Positions 1 to 11,900 of a DNA stretch of 64,000 nt are shown in pieces (position 1 is the first letter of the stretch; every line of letters begins with the position of its first letter). Where the stretch lies: contig JBMNFY010000017.1 in assembly GCA_050949565.1 (NCBI GenBank), positions 1,664,001 to 1,728,000 of the forward strand. The letters run 5' to 3'. The translations under genes and the position numbers were made by a program. The notes beneath the pieces were generated by a model, which saw only the letters and a list, made by a program, of their open reading frames with translations, did not search any database and was not told the origin of the DNA. The DNA comes from Kiritimatiellia bacterium (GTDB lineage Bacteria; Verrucomicrobiota; Kiritimatiellia; RFP12; UBA1067).

Positions 1-1
1 G

Positions 2-664
2 GTACGGCTCAGCGGTGCCAATCCTTCCGCGCTCGAGCAGATGTTCTCCACGCACCCGATGAGCACCGAGCGCTTGCAGACGGCGCAGGAGCGCGCCCGC
101 ACGCAGTACGCCGGCCAGAACAGCGGCGTGCTGAACCGCGAAGCCTACCTCGCTGCGACCGCCTCGATCCGAAAAAACAAGGAGGCGTTCAAGAGCTTCG
201 CCGCCGCCGAGGCGCAACTCGCCCGCAAGCAGTACGCTGCGGCCAAGGCCTCGGCCGAGCAGGGTCTGCGCCTCGCGCCCAACGATTATGTTGGCCTGAT
301 GCTGGTGGCGCGGGCTCACCAAGGAGCCGGCAACACCGCTGCTGCGCAGCAGGTCGCTGCGCAGGCCGCGCGTCTCTATCCCTCCGGGGCGCGTGCGCAG
401 AGCGTGCTCGCCCAGTGCGCGTTTCAGCGCAAAGACTACACCGGAGCATTGCAGCACCTCAACGCCTTCGAGCGTCAGGTGCCGGGTGAAGCCGCTACCG
501 CCTTTTACAAGGGACTGGCCTATGACGCACAAGGACAGCACCCGCAGGCTAAGCAGGCCTATTCTGCCTTTGTGCGCCGCAGCGGCACCGGTTCGAATCA
601 AGGCCGCTACGCCGCGCAGCGCTTGCAGCAGTTGCAGCCCGCCGCGCCGACGCAGCGTCGCTAA
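2..664 (+). CDS. M48 family (BepA/YfgC-like) metallopeptidase with C-terminal TPRs, 5'-truncated by window edge
   Basis: Open frame from position 2; FSTHP...ERL motif typical of the M48 C-terminal region, followed by TPR-like Ala/Tyr/Gly helical repeats; HExxH would lie upstream of the window. Confidence 0.7.
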   Translation, partial: VRLSGANPSALEQMFSTHPMSTERLQTAQERARTQYAGQNSGVLNREAYLAATASIRKNKEAFKSFAAAEAQLARKQYAAAKASAEQGLRLAPNDYVGLMLVARAHQGAGNTAAAQQVAAQAARLYPSGARAQSVLAQCAFQRKDYTGALQHLNAFERQVPGEAATAFYKGLAYDAQGQHPQAKQAYSAFVRRSGTGSNQGRYAAQRLQQLQPAAPTQRR

Positions 665-2049
665 TCGCGCATGCCGTATTTGCGGATCAGGCGCTGGAGG
701 TAGGCGCGTTCGATGCCGGCTTCACGGGCGGAACGCGAGATGTTCTGCTTGTTGCGGGCGAGCAGGTCGTTGAGGTAGGTTCGCTCGAACTCCTCGATCA
801 GGTCGTTCTTCGCGTCCTTGAAGGGACGGTCGGTCACGAAGTTGACCTCGGGCTCGGCAGATCTGCGTCCGGCGCGTAGGCTACCGAGGCTGAGGAAGGC
901 GCTGAGGTCCACGGGGCGGCGTTCGCTGTAGAAGGCCAGCTCGATCAGGTTGCGCAGCTCACGCACATTGCCGGGCCATTCGTGGCGCTTGAGGACGTCC
1001 ATGGTGCTGTCGAAGTCTGCGAGTTGGTTGATGGCGTCCTCGCCGTGTAGGTCGGTGAGGAACTTTTTGACCAGTAGCGGCACGTCCTCGCGGCGGCGGC
1101 GCAGCGGGGGCAACTCAAGATGGACCACTGAGAGGCGGTAGTAGAGGTCTTCGCGGAAGCGGCCTTCGTTGACCTCGTTGGCGAGGTTGCGGTTGGTGGC
1201 GGAGATGATGCGGACATCGATCTTGCGCACCTTGTTGCAGCCGACGCGCTTGATCTCGCGCTTTTCGAGCACGCGCAGCAGCTTAGGCTGGAGGTCGGGC
1301 GAGAGGTCGCCGATCTCATCGAGGAAGACGGTGCCGCCGTCGGCCAGCTCGAAGGCGCCCTGACGGTCGGCGTTGGCGCCGGTGAAGGCACCTTTGACGT
1401 GACCGAAGAGTTCGCTTTCGATCAGTTCCTTGGAGATGGCAGCGCAGTCGATGACGATAAAGGGCTTGTCGCGCCGACTGGAGTGGTTGTGGATCTCCTC
1501 GGCCAGAATCTCCTTGCCGGTGCCGGTCTCGCCGGTGATCATGACGGTCACGTCGGCGGGGGAGTAGGTCTCGGCCAGATAGAAGATGCGGCGCATCGGC
1601 ACCGAACGGCCGAGCATGGCGCCGAAAGCCTCGTTACGCGAAAGCGGGATGTCAGCGGCCTCTTGGAGCGGGCAGAAGACGATGCGGGTCTTGCCAAGCT
1701 GGATTTCGGAGCCCGGGGCGAGGTGGGCGGAGGAGACGCGTACGCCTTGGACAAAAGTGCCGTTGGTGCTGTCGCGGTCACGGATCAGGTAGCCGGACTG
1801 CTCGACCACAATTTCGCAATGGCGCTTGGAGACGGTGGAGTCTTCGATAATCAGGTCGTTGTGATTGCCGGAGCCGATCGTGAAGGTGTCACGGTTCAGG
1901 ACAAACTCCCGTCCCTGCAGCGGGCCGCTGATCACCAGTAGCTTGGTGCGGCGGACGCGGAAAAGGTTCTCTTGGTTTTCGCCGTCAGCGAGTACGAGGG
2001 TCCCGGAGGCGACGTTGTTGGTTCGGTCCTCAGCCATAAGTGTGTCCAC
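661..2049 (-). CDS. FHA-domain sigma-54-dependent transcriptional activator (FHA-AAA+-HTH)
   Basis: FHA motifs (IGS..VSKRH..STNGTFV), Walker [15 protein letters not shown] loop, [15 protein letters not shown]-terminal Fis-type HTH. Confidence 0.93.
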   Translation of the reverse strand: MDTLMAEDRTNNVASGTLVLADGENQENLFRVRRTKLLVISGPLQGREFVLNRDTFTIGSGNHNDLIIEDSTVSKRHCEIVVEQSGYLIRDRDSTNGTFVQGVRVSSAHLAPGSEIQLGKTRIVFCPLQEAADIPLSRNEAFGAMLGRSVPMRRIFYLAETYSPADVTVMITGETGTGKEILAEEIHNHSSRRDKPFIVIDCAAISKELIESELFGHVKGAFTGANADRQGAFELADGGTVFLDEIGDLSPDLQPKLLRVLEKREIKRVGCNKVRKIDVRIISATNRNLANEVNEGRFREDLYYRLSVVHLELPPLRRRREDVPLLVKKFLTDLHGEDAINQLADFDSTMDVLKRHEWPGNVRELRNLIELAFYSERRPVDLSAFLSLGSLRAGRRSAEPEVNFVTDRPFKDAKNDLIEEFERTYLNDLLARNKQNISRSAREAGIERAYLQRLIRKYGMRD

Positions 2050-2209
2050 TATAACGCATGCCTACGGGAGTATGCAACCCGAAAGGCGCGGCGCGCGGAG
2101 TTTTTTCGAAATTTTTTAACGCAGAGACGCAGAGGCGCAGAGATTTTTTATGGGGTGGCGGCGTGAGCGCAAGCGCGACGAAAGAATTACGTTTTTTTTC
2201 AAAATGGCC

Positions 2210-2239
2210 TTGCCCGTCCGGTTTATCTCGTGCTACCAT
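2210..2239 (+). promoter_or_regulatory. Putative sigma70 promoter for the lipoprotein/giant-protein cluster
   Basis: TTGCCC-N18-TACCAT with TG extended -10. Confidence 0.35.
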
Positions 2240-2345
2240 CGAAAAATGACGGGGCTGTATGCACATCAATTTTAGCGGAGTGAGGCAGACGCCTTGATTT
2301 GACCTGAAAGAGACGGTTATGGTTGGGTTTTTGAGTGGAAAACGC

Positions 2346-2867
2346 ATGACAGGTGCTACCGAGCGGGCGGTTTGCGCGGGCAAGGCCCGAACTGTGTCAA
2401 TGCTTTTCGTGTGCTTGCTAACGGTGATGGCGGGCTGCAAGCGCCGCGCCGGACAGGGCGAGGGGCAGGGGGAGCAGAGCACCGAACCCGTTCTTGAGAC
2501 CGTCATCACCAATCGCATGCAGGACCCCGTTTACGTCAAAGCGTTGGTCGAGAGCCGCCGTGAACAGACCCAGGCGGCAGCGGCACGCTCGGTGGTGGTC
2601 GAGAAGATGGAGGCGATGATTGCGGAAGCCCGCGCGTCGCTACCGCCCGGAGCCGATGACGAGGCAGTTAAAAAAGAATTGGCGAAGCGTCCCGAGTGGA
2701 AGACGCTTGAGGCTGAGAACGAGCGCGCAATGGCCGAGATCAAGAAAGCGATGCAGGCAGCGCGGGAAAAGGTCCGCCGACGCATGGAGGCTGAGGCGCG
2801 CGACGTGAAGGCGGTGGCGGAAGGCCGGGCGGTTCCGGCGACGCCACAGGGGCAACAAAAGGAGTAG
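2346..2867 (+). CDS. Hypothetical helical lipoprotein
   Basis: Hydrophobic stretch ending in lipobox-like MAGC, followed by charged coiled-coil; start codon uncertain (2319/2346/2400). Confidence 0.7.
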   Translation: MTGATERAVCAGKARTVSMLFVCLLTVMAGCKRRAGQGEGQGEQSTEPVLETVITNRMQDPVYVKALVESRREQTQAAAARSVVVEKMEAMIAEARASLPPGADDEAVKKELAKRPEWKTLEAENERAMAEIKKAMQAAREKVRRRMEAEARDVKAVAEGRAVPATPQGQQKE

Positions 2868-2929
2868 GTTTTCTGCGCCGGGCGGTTCCGGACGACGTTT
2901 GATTTACGTTGAGAATCAGGAGAATACGC

Positions 2930-5900
2930 ATGAACATGAGCTGCATGAAAAATGTGTTTAAGAGGCTGTCGGTTCCGTTCGCGGCCTGCGGGATGTTGAT
3001 GGTCGCCACGGCGGCCTTGGCGCAAGATTACGGAGACATCCAGCGTATCTTCAAACACGAGGAGGGGGATCCCAAATATGCGGCACCGATCACAACGCCC
3101 GGTGAGACGGTGAGCTTCCGTATCCGGTTGTTCAGCCTCGCCGGGAATTTCGACAAGGTGTATATCGGCGGCGGCAGCGTAACTTACGATGAGGTTTACA
3201 ACCCGCTCATGATACGAATCGTGACCGGGCAGGGGCTGACGTACGCCAGGTTGTCTGGTATCAGCGCGATCAACGGTGAGCAGACCGACCTCGAGTTCAC
3301 CTACACGGTGCGTCCCGGTGACATGGCGCTACCGATGACGCTGTTCGGCAGCGCGGGTGCCGCAGGCACAGGTGACGCTTATCAGTTCTTGAACAACCAA
3401 AAATGGGCCATCCGTAATACGTCCGGCAGTAATGTTGTCTGGCGCTTCGTCCAGAGCCCGGTCAATGCCGATCCTACATTTGCCAAAGCCAACGTCCGTC
3501 TGCAGACGGTCGAATTCGAGCATGCGGATTGGGAGGTCCAGAAGACCACCACGCGACTGAACTGCTTGGTGCGGACCTCGACGGGCCAGCCGGTCTCCAA
3601 CACCGTGCCGCTCTACGTGTGGTCGGGTAACACCAACATCGCTCGGATCGTCGAGCAGCAGCCGGGGCAGCCCTCGGCGGCGGTGACGTTGCAACCGGGG
3701 CAAAGCGAGCGCGCTTTCCGTATTTACGGTCAGAACGAAGGAACGACGCTCATCTACCTCAGCCCCGTGCCGACCATGACGCCCGGCGTCACCAACTATA
3801 TCACCAAGACGGTCACTGTGACCCCGCCCCCGCCGCCGACGGTGGGTATCGCTCTAGACAGCTCGCTAGAGCCGGACGAACTCGGCTACGTGACGCTCAC
3901 AGAATCAGACGCGATGGATAAGCCGCTGTGGGTCACGCTCTCTGAACCTTATCCGCAGGACATCACGGTGCAGTTGGATGTCTCGCCCAATGCCGGCAAT
4001 ATCGCGTTTGACGCCTCACCCAAGACGGTCGTGGTTCCCAGTAACACGACCCAGTCGGCTGCGATCGCCTTCGCTGCCGCCGACGGCACCCCCCTGACGA
4101 GTTCGGCAGGGGTTACCATCACACCGATAATCCTTGGGGCAGCCGCCAGCAACTATTTCTACAACACCCCGTCCGTGGCGAAGATCAAGATCCGTAATGC
4201 GGCACCGACCTTCGACATACCGGTCGACGGATCGACCAGAAACGTGTACACCATGCGAAACATCCCGTTCGACTGGCAGATTCGGGACGTTGCGGCCGAC
4301 GTGGCCGCCGGTATAACCAACATTTGGGACTTCGGCGATGGCTCCGCCGATGTCGTGCAGGTCGGTGCCTCGGGGACGCACACCCACATGTATCTGAGCC
4401 CCGGCACCTACACGGTCAGGGTGTACGCCAAGGATAAGGACGGCGGCATCTCATCCACTGCCGTTTTCACGGTGAACGCCTCCCCCGCCCAGCCCGCGCC
4501 TTACGTCGAACCGGTGCTCAGTCGGCCCAGTTTCGATGAGACCAACGGCATCGGCGAGGTCTCGTTCGGGCTGTCACGCGACTATCCCGAGGATGTCTAC
4601 GTCCGGCTGGAAATTGAGCCCGCCGACCAGAGTAACGTGGTCTTTGAGACGTTGGGGCCGATCCCAATCTGGCAGGGCGAGACGAATTCCGTTGCCCTGA
4701 GGTTCCAAATTCTGGACGGCAATAGCCTCAGCAGTGGAGGCAACCTTATCTTCAAGCCGGTCATCACCAATGAGGCCGCTTTCGGATTCTTCACAGCGCG
4801 TTCGCGCCGTGTGCCGATCGAAAACGTACCGCCCATTGTCACGCGCGTTTTGGGTCAGCGCGTCGGCCAGATCACGAACAACGTTTCGGTGCCGGCTTCG
4901 GTGCCCAAGGTCTTCCCCTTTGAGGTCGCGGACGTCAACGCCGACCTCAATCCGGTCAGGACCTACTGGGATTTCGGTGACGGCACCTCCGAGGTTGAGG
5001 CGTTGGCTGTCTCCAATCGAAACGGCTTTGCCATCGGTTCGATCACCCACACCTTCACGACGCCCGGTGTCTACCCCGTCACCGTCCGTGCGGAAGACAA
5101 AGATGGCGGCTCCTCAGAAATAGAGTTCTATGTCTATGTGGCCGGTGCGCCTGCGGTCCGCATTCTGCCGCCTCCCGGGCCTATCTCCGAGAAGCCGAAC
5201 ACCGGCGAGAAGGACTATATCGTTGTGCAACTCACGTCGGCATACACCAACGCCGTGACGGTACAGTTGGATGTGGCACCTAGCAATTCGGCTGTCAATG
5301 GCACTCTGACCTTGATCCAAGATCAGGTGGTCTTCCCTGCCGGTATGATCGGTCAGGTCCGCGAGCAGAAGGTCTATATCGCCGACATCAAGGACGGCAC
5401 TGACCGATCGGCGGGTTACGGGTTCACGATTACGCCTTCCGTGATCGCGACGCCCGGAGCGGTCGCGTTTTACGACGGCAATTACTCTCCCGCCATTGTG
5501 CAGGTCCTGAATGAGGCTCCCGTGATTACAGCGCCGGTGGCGTCGGACATTCACGGAACCACCGTGGCCTATACCATCGCCCAAGATACCGACCATGCCT
5601 TCTACTGGAACATCAACGATGTGCAGCCAGACTGTTCCGGCACCAACATGCGCGTCACGTGGCAATGGGGTGATGGTTCGTCCACCGTCGTGTACGGCAA
5701 GAGCGGCAGTGTCGTCCATAACTACACGGGCGTCGGCGACAAGATCATCCATGTGATTGCCGAAGACAAGGACGGCGGGCGCGATGATGTCTACTTCAAG
5801 ATCCGCGTGGCCCCCTCCAAGCAGGTCAACGTTTCGCCGATCGGACCGATCATCGGCGCCGACTACGCCAGCGCACCGGGCCTCGGCTACGGCATGATCT

Positions 5901-8900
5901 TCTCGCCGGACGCGGCTTCCCGCTACATCGAGAACAACGTTTACCACTTCCGCTATGATCCGACGGCAACCTCCGCCGAGCTTGTGGCGGTACCCTACAA
6001 GACGTCATTTGACGGCGATGGCAACATTGTGCCTTATCGGGTCACGAACTATATCGCCCGGGTGACGGGCCTTCCCGGCAAGACCGCCTTCGGCCAGCCG
6101 AACGGACCGGAGATGCAGTACGACAGCTTCGTGTACGTGTGGCGTGGCTCTACCGAGGCACTGGGGCCTCAGGCGTTCATCTCCGTCGCGAAGCCGAGCG
6201 TGCTGGTCAACCTTCCTGAGGGTGGTGAGACCAGTGGCGAAGGCAACGCGCCGGCTCCTAAGGCGCTCGAAGTGGATGCTATCTTCAGTCGCGAATGGCG
6301 TCCCTCCGACAACTGCGGTGACATCAGTAATGACGGCATTCCCGATCTCATCGCCAACTATTACGGTCTGCCCGCGCTGGTCGGCGGCGATATGGCGAAC
6401 GCAGCCGATTACAACGGCGATAACGATTTCCTGCCGGGGGCGGCGGCTGACGAAGGCGGTATCATCGGCGGTATGGGGAATGTGTTCGGAACCGTCGGAC
6501 GGCCCTTCACGGCCTACTTGGAAGTACGCGGTTTCCACCCCGGCCTGAACCGGATCGATTACGGTTCGGACGATGACATGTCGCCTGAAGAAGAGGCGGC
6601 CGGTGCCCTGATCGGCCCGCAGACACAACCGGCGACCAAGGGTGCCGAGCGCCCGACCGACCCGACCAAGGAGGATACGGACGGCGACGGTTATCCGGAC
6701 GGTTGGGAGTACTTCTTCTGGTACAATTCGCTGGTGAATAGAATCAACGGTGTGCGTTACAATCCGTTGGATATCGCGACCGGCATAGAGATCCCGTGGA
6801 CGGATATCTATCTGAAGTTCGACCCGCTCGTCGCGGCGACCGATAAGCTTGAGGAGCGTGACCTTGATGGTGACGGGCTCACCGACTTCGAAGAGATGGT
6901 CATCGGTACCAACCCGATCCACTGGGATACTGATGGCGACGGTATATGCGACGGATGGGAGATCATGCGCGGTCTCGATCCGACCGATGCCCGTGATGCG
7001 CTTAATCCCGTCTATAACAATCCGGACGGCGACTATATGGCCATCTCGGTGGTGAAGCGCGATCTGGTGACCGCGCTGGACGGCGAGACCTATCTGGAGG
7101 ACGCCGACGGCAACCTGACGACGTGGTACCGCTACGGTTCCACGAACGAAACCACGCCGATCGCCGTGGGCCGCCCTGTTACGGGCGTGAATCTGGACGG
7201 CGATGTCGAAGCGGTCCCGGTCAATGCGCTCATCCTGCACTTCCAGGTCTATCACGAGTTTGGTTTTGATCCGCGCACGGCTTGGTGCGGTTCGGTCGGG
7301 CGCATGCCGGACTACGCGCGCAACCATCCCGTACCGGAGGGCTGGGCCGAGATCAGCAGCGCGCCGGGCTTCGAGCGCTTCGGCGCTTGGCTTGAAAGCG
7401 ATGCGGCCAACACGCGTCCCTTCACGTCGCTCGACGAATACTTGCTGATGAAGTTCATGTCCGAGCTACGTCTTGCCGGAGCGGGCGAGAGCATCGGCGG
7501 ATCCCGTAGGATCGCCGAAAAGACGGCTGATTGGGCGCGTTGGTCAACCCATCCGCTCACGCCGGACACGGACGCCACCGCGACGCGGATGGACGGTGTG
7601 CCAGACGGCTGGGAACTCTATGTTGCGTGCAGTCCTGGCACCTATGAGATGGGCATCTCGCCGTGGTCGCCTGAAGACGGCGATAACGATTCAGACGTAG
7701 GAGATCCGGTGGGCGACGGACTCACGGTCCAGCGTGAATTCGCGGGTACGGACTCGGTGGTCGGCTATGCGAACCCGGCGCTTTACGGCGCGGGGCTGGC
7801 AACGGTCTCGATCACGCGCCCTGCCATTGACGCGAACTGGATCAACAAGTTCTGGCCGACCGATCCGTGGGCGAAAGACACCGACGGCGACAAGCTGAAC
7901 GACGCCGCCGAGCGCGCCTTCATGTATGGCACGCCGGTCGACAACGGTTCGACCTGTATCGTCGGCGGTGGGCTGAACCCCTGCTCGATGGACACCGATC
8001 TGGACGGCCTGCCCGATGCCTTTGAGGTTGAATTCACGGGTACGTACCCCGCCGCTTCCGACGGAGCGATCACCGACGGCATGAACGGTACCGTCGCTGA
8101 CGCCAGCGAGGACTGGGATAAGGACGGTCTCTTGAACTATCAGGAGTATTATGTCCAAGCGGTGCGTCACTTCCGCTATGACGTTCCGACCAACGACCTC
8201 ACCGCCGCCAATTCAAGGTCGGGGATGGCTCAGGTCGGCGTGCCGATCGATGCCACGTTCCATCCTTCCAGCCTCTTCACGCGTGTCGACAATACGTGGG
8301 ATGTCGCCCGCTATCCGTGGGGTGACAAGAACCCGCAGCTCTGGGTGCTGCTGCCGGTAGGCCACGCCAACCGGTATATCTGCACCGACCCGCGTGATCA
8401 CGATACCGACCAGGACGGCATGGACGACTACTACGAGATGTTCCACGGCCTCAATCCGATTCTCGGTGCGGGTATTTTGGGCAGCGGTCTGGACGACCGC
8501 GTCGGTCGGGCGTACATTCAGGACGGTGGTTGGACCATCGACTACGGTTCACTGCTCATCGGCAACGACTGGGGCGCTGGTCTGCCCATGGACTTCGTGA
8601 ACTATCCGTGGCTGGCGGGTATGCCGTATGCTGATCCGGATGCCGATGGCTTGAATAACTTCGAGGAGATGCTTCTGGCCAACACGTCCGCGCCGGCGCA
8701 CTCTAATACCGACCCAACGCCGCTCTGGATGACCGATCTCGGCTTCTTCCCGCTCATGGGCTTTAGTCCGGAGAGTCTGACGGTGCGCTTCTATGGGCCG
8801 AACGGTGCCAGCTTTAGTGGACCGCGCATGTTCTTCTGGCCCGGTACGCGGATGCTACCGGATAACTATCAGATGTTTGACTTTGAGATGACGGAAGGGT

Positions 8901-11900
8901 TCGATACGGACAACGACGGTATCTCTGATAAGGCCGAACTGCTACAGGGCCCCAGCGGCAAATCGGATCCTCAGGATCATGACGATCCATTCCGCCGTCA
9001 GGCACTGTGGCTGGACGGTGTTCAGTCGGCTGCGCAGACGCTTACCGGGTTCAGCTACGATCCGTGGTCGTTGCTGAGCTTCACGGTGGAGCTGTGGGCC
9101 AAACCGGAAGACCTCAAGAGCGACACACAGGTGCTGATCGAGCGTCCTATCGTCTATACGCAGTCGGATCTCAGCACACCGTTGGCGTTCGTCCGCCGTA
9201 ACTTCCAGATCGGCATCCAAGGCGGCTCCGGGCGTGTTTTCGCCCGCTTCGAAAACGCCGGCATGCACGATGACGAAACCGGCATGGTCATTGCCGAAGG
9301 CCGCGCTCTCAAAATCAACGAGTGGGTGCATATCGCGGCCCGCATGGATGGTAATACGGGACGCTTTACGTTGTTGATCAACGGTGAAGAGGAGCAGATT
9401 GTCGACACGGATCTGTTGCCGGCCAATGGCGTGGTCAATCTGGCGATCGACCCCACCCCAGGTACCTCTGAACAGAGTGTTTATGATGTGGTAACGCCCG
9501 GTGTCATCGTTGTTGGTGCGGCCAATAACGATCCGGAGGCCCTGCCCGATTGGAGTGTGTACTCCAGTTTCTATCAGGGTTACGTGGACGAGGTCCGAAT
9601 CTGGGACGGCGCCCGTACCACCGAAGAGATTCGGGCTAACTACCGCAAGCGTTATCTCAAGGCTGATCTCCTCAGCAACCGCGAGGCGGTCGCGCGGCAG
9701 CGCGGCAGCGGTTACTCGCGTGTGATTGGTGATTCGCGGCAGTTGATGCCGGAGTTGCTCTACCACTACACGTTCGATAACCTCTTCAGCGCCGCGAGCA
9801 CCGCGCATGTCGCGACGGCGCCGCGCGGGTTCACCAGCCCCGACGTGACGATCAACAAGCCCAACGGCGGCGTGCCCGTGCCGTGGTGGGATTCCGTCTA
9901 CGGCATGGTGAACAGCCAGGTCTACACGGAGTACTCATATATCCCGTGGATCGAGAACGGTGTCCACCACCTGCCTGCTAGGTCGGGTCAGGTGCTCAGC
10001 TCGGTCTATTGGGCGCTCAATAGCACGGCCGGTGTGCCGGCGGACAACCGCTTCCCGTTCAGCAACGATCCCCACACGATGTGGTATCGCTCGCAGCCGA
10101 CAGCAGGTGCCAACGTTCAGATCAAGAGCGACCTGTTGCCGCTGGGTATGGCTTGGGCTAAGCAGACCGACGTGATGTGGGATGACCAGGGGGCCAGCAG
10201 CAACTGGACGGACTCCTCTGTCGATACCGACAATGACGGGCTGCCCGACTGGTGGGAGGATCTCTACGGACTGGATCCCAACAATGCCAACGGCGCGAAC
10301 GGCTGGTACGGCGATCCGGGTGATACTGGCGTGTCCAACGGTGAGCGCTATCTGCGTGATCTGGCCGCAGGTTACCTGCCCGGCGACACGCTGGGGTCGC
10401 CGAGCGGCCCGGTCCAGACTGCCGACTCCGATGATGACGGCATGCCCGATTGGTGGGAGCAGTTGTACGGGCTCGACCCGAACGACAGAACAGGCGAAAA
10501 TGGTACGTACGGTGATCCGGACGGCGACGGGCTCAGCAATTATGCTGAATATCTGATCTCCAGCACCCCCGGATATCCCATGGTCAATCCGCGCCTGTTC
10601 AGCACCACACGAACGGTTTCGGATTACTTCCTGAAGAAGGGCTCGCTCTATCTGGGCGAAATCTTCTCGGACCATGACTTCATGGAAGATACGTGGGAAA
10701 ATCAATACAACAAGGTCTCGCCTTGGGCTTACGATCCGCATCTTGATGATGACGAGGATGGTTGGTCGAATTGGGCTGAAGCGCGTTACTCCGCGGCGTT
10801 CGTGCCTGTCAGCCCTGACATTGGTGCGAGCCTGGAGCCGCTCGGCACGGACAAGTATGAGTTCCCCGTGCCGGTGGTCGAAACATTGCTGCGTTACAAC
10901 GGCCTCAGACTGAACAGCGGTAATGAGACAGACTATCAGGTTGTCATTCAGGCTTATGATAATCCTTCTATGGACGGGCCGCCGGACGCCGTCTTTAAGT
11001 TGGATCGTACGGCAACCCCGAGAAGTCTGCCGCTCGGTGCCTGGTCGGCCCGCGTGGTGTCAGGGACATTGTCGCCGGGCAACGTGGAGCCTGGGACCCT
11101 CGCGTTGGCCTTTACAGATAGCTGGACGCAACAAACTATGGAGACCGGTTTTGACCATGATGGTATCATCTATTCCGGTGCGATTACGGGCGCTAGAACT
11201 CCGATCGGGAAGATCAACTACCTGACAGGCGAGTTTGAGATTGATCTGACCTTCTACATGAACGACATTATCGTGCCGACAGGGACTCAGGATCCCTCAA
11301 CGGTGACGCGCGATCAGTACATCGATTGCGAAGTGTCGACGATTACCGTCAGCTACACCTCCAAGATGAGCGGGGTGTGGCCGCAACACCTCTACTTGGG
11401 CCGTGCCGACAGTGGTTACCTCCGTGAAGGTGAGAACTACTTCTTTGCCTTCTTGGACATCGATGGCAACGGCACATGGGACCCCGGCGAGCCTTGCGGG
11501 ATGCCTCATCCCTTCGCGACGCAGATCGGCTGGGACCGCAACGAGATCACCATTGAGCTGACCGATTACATGCAGGGATATGTGCGGATGGCGATCCCCT
11601 CGGGTGTGCGCTCTGAGGACGTCTTCCGTGGGGCGGCGGGTGAAGAAGGCGGCGGGTTTGGCGACGGGCAAGCAAGTGGTGCGTTTGAACAGCGCGTACG
11701 TATCCTTCGGACCGGTGTTGACGGCCTGAAGCAGTACCAAATGCTGGTCTTCGATAAGGTGGTTCGTGCACCCAACGCGTGGCTGAATGAAGCTTCCTTC
11801 TGGGCTCAGGGCGACCTCACCTTGGACTGGGGCCTGCCCAACGTGAATCCGCAAGAGGACCGCACACATCTGTCATACGAAGTGTTCTTGGGCGAGACCA

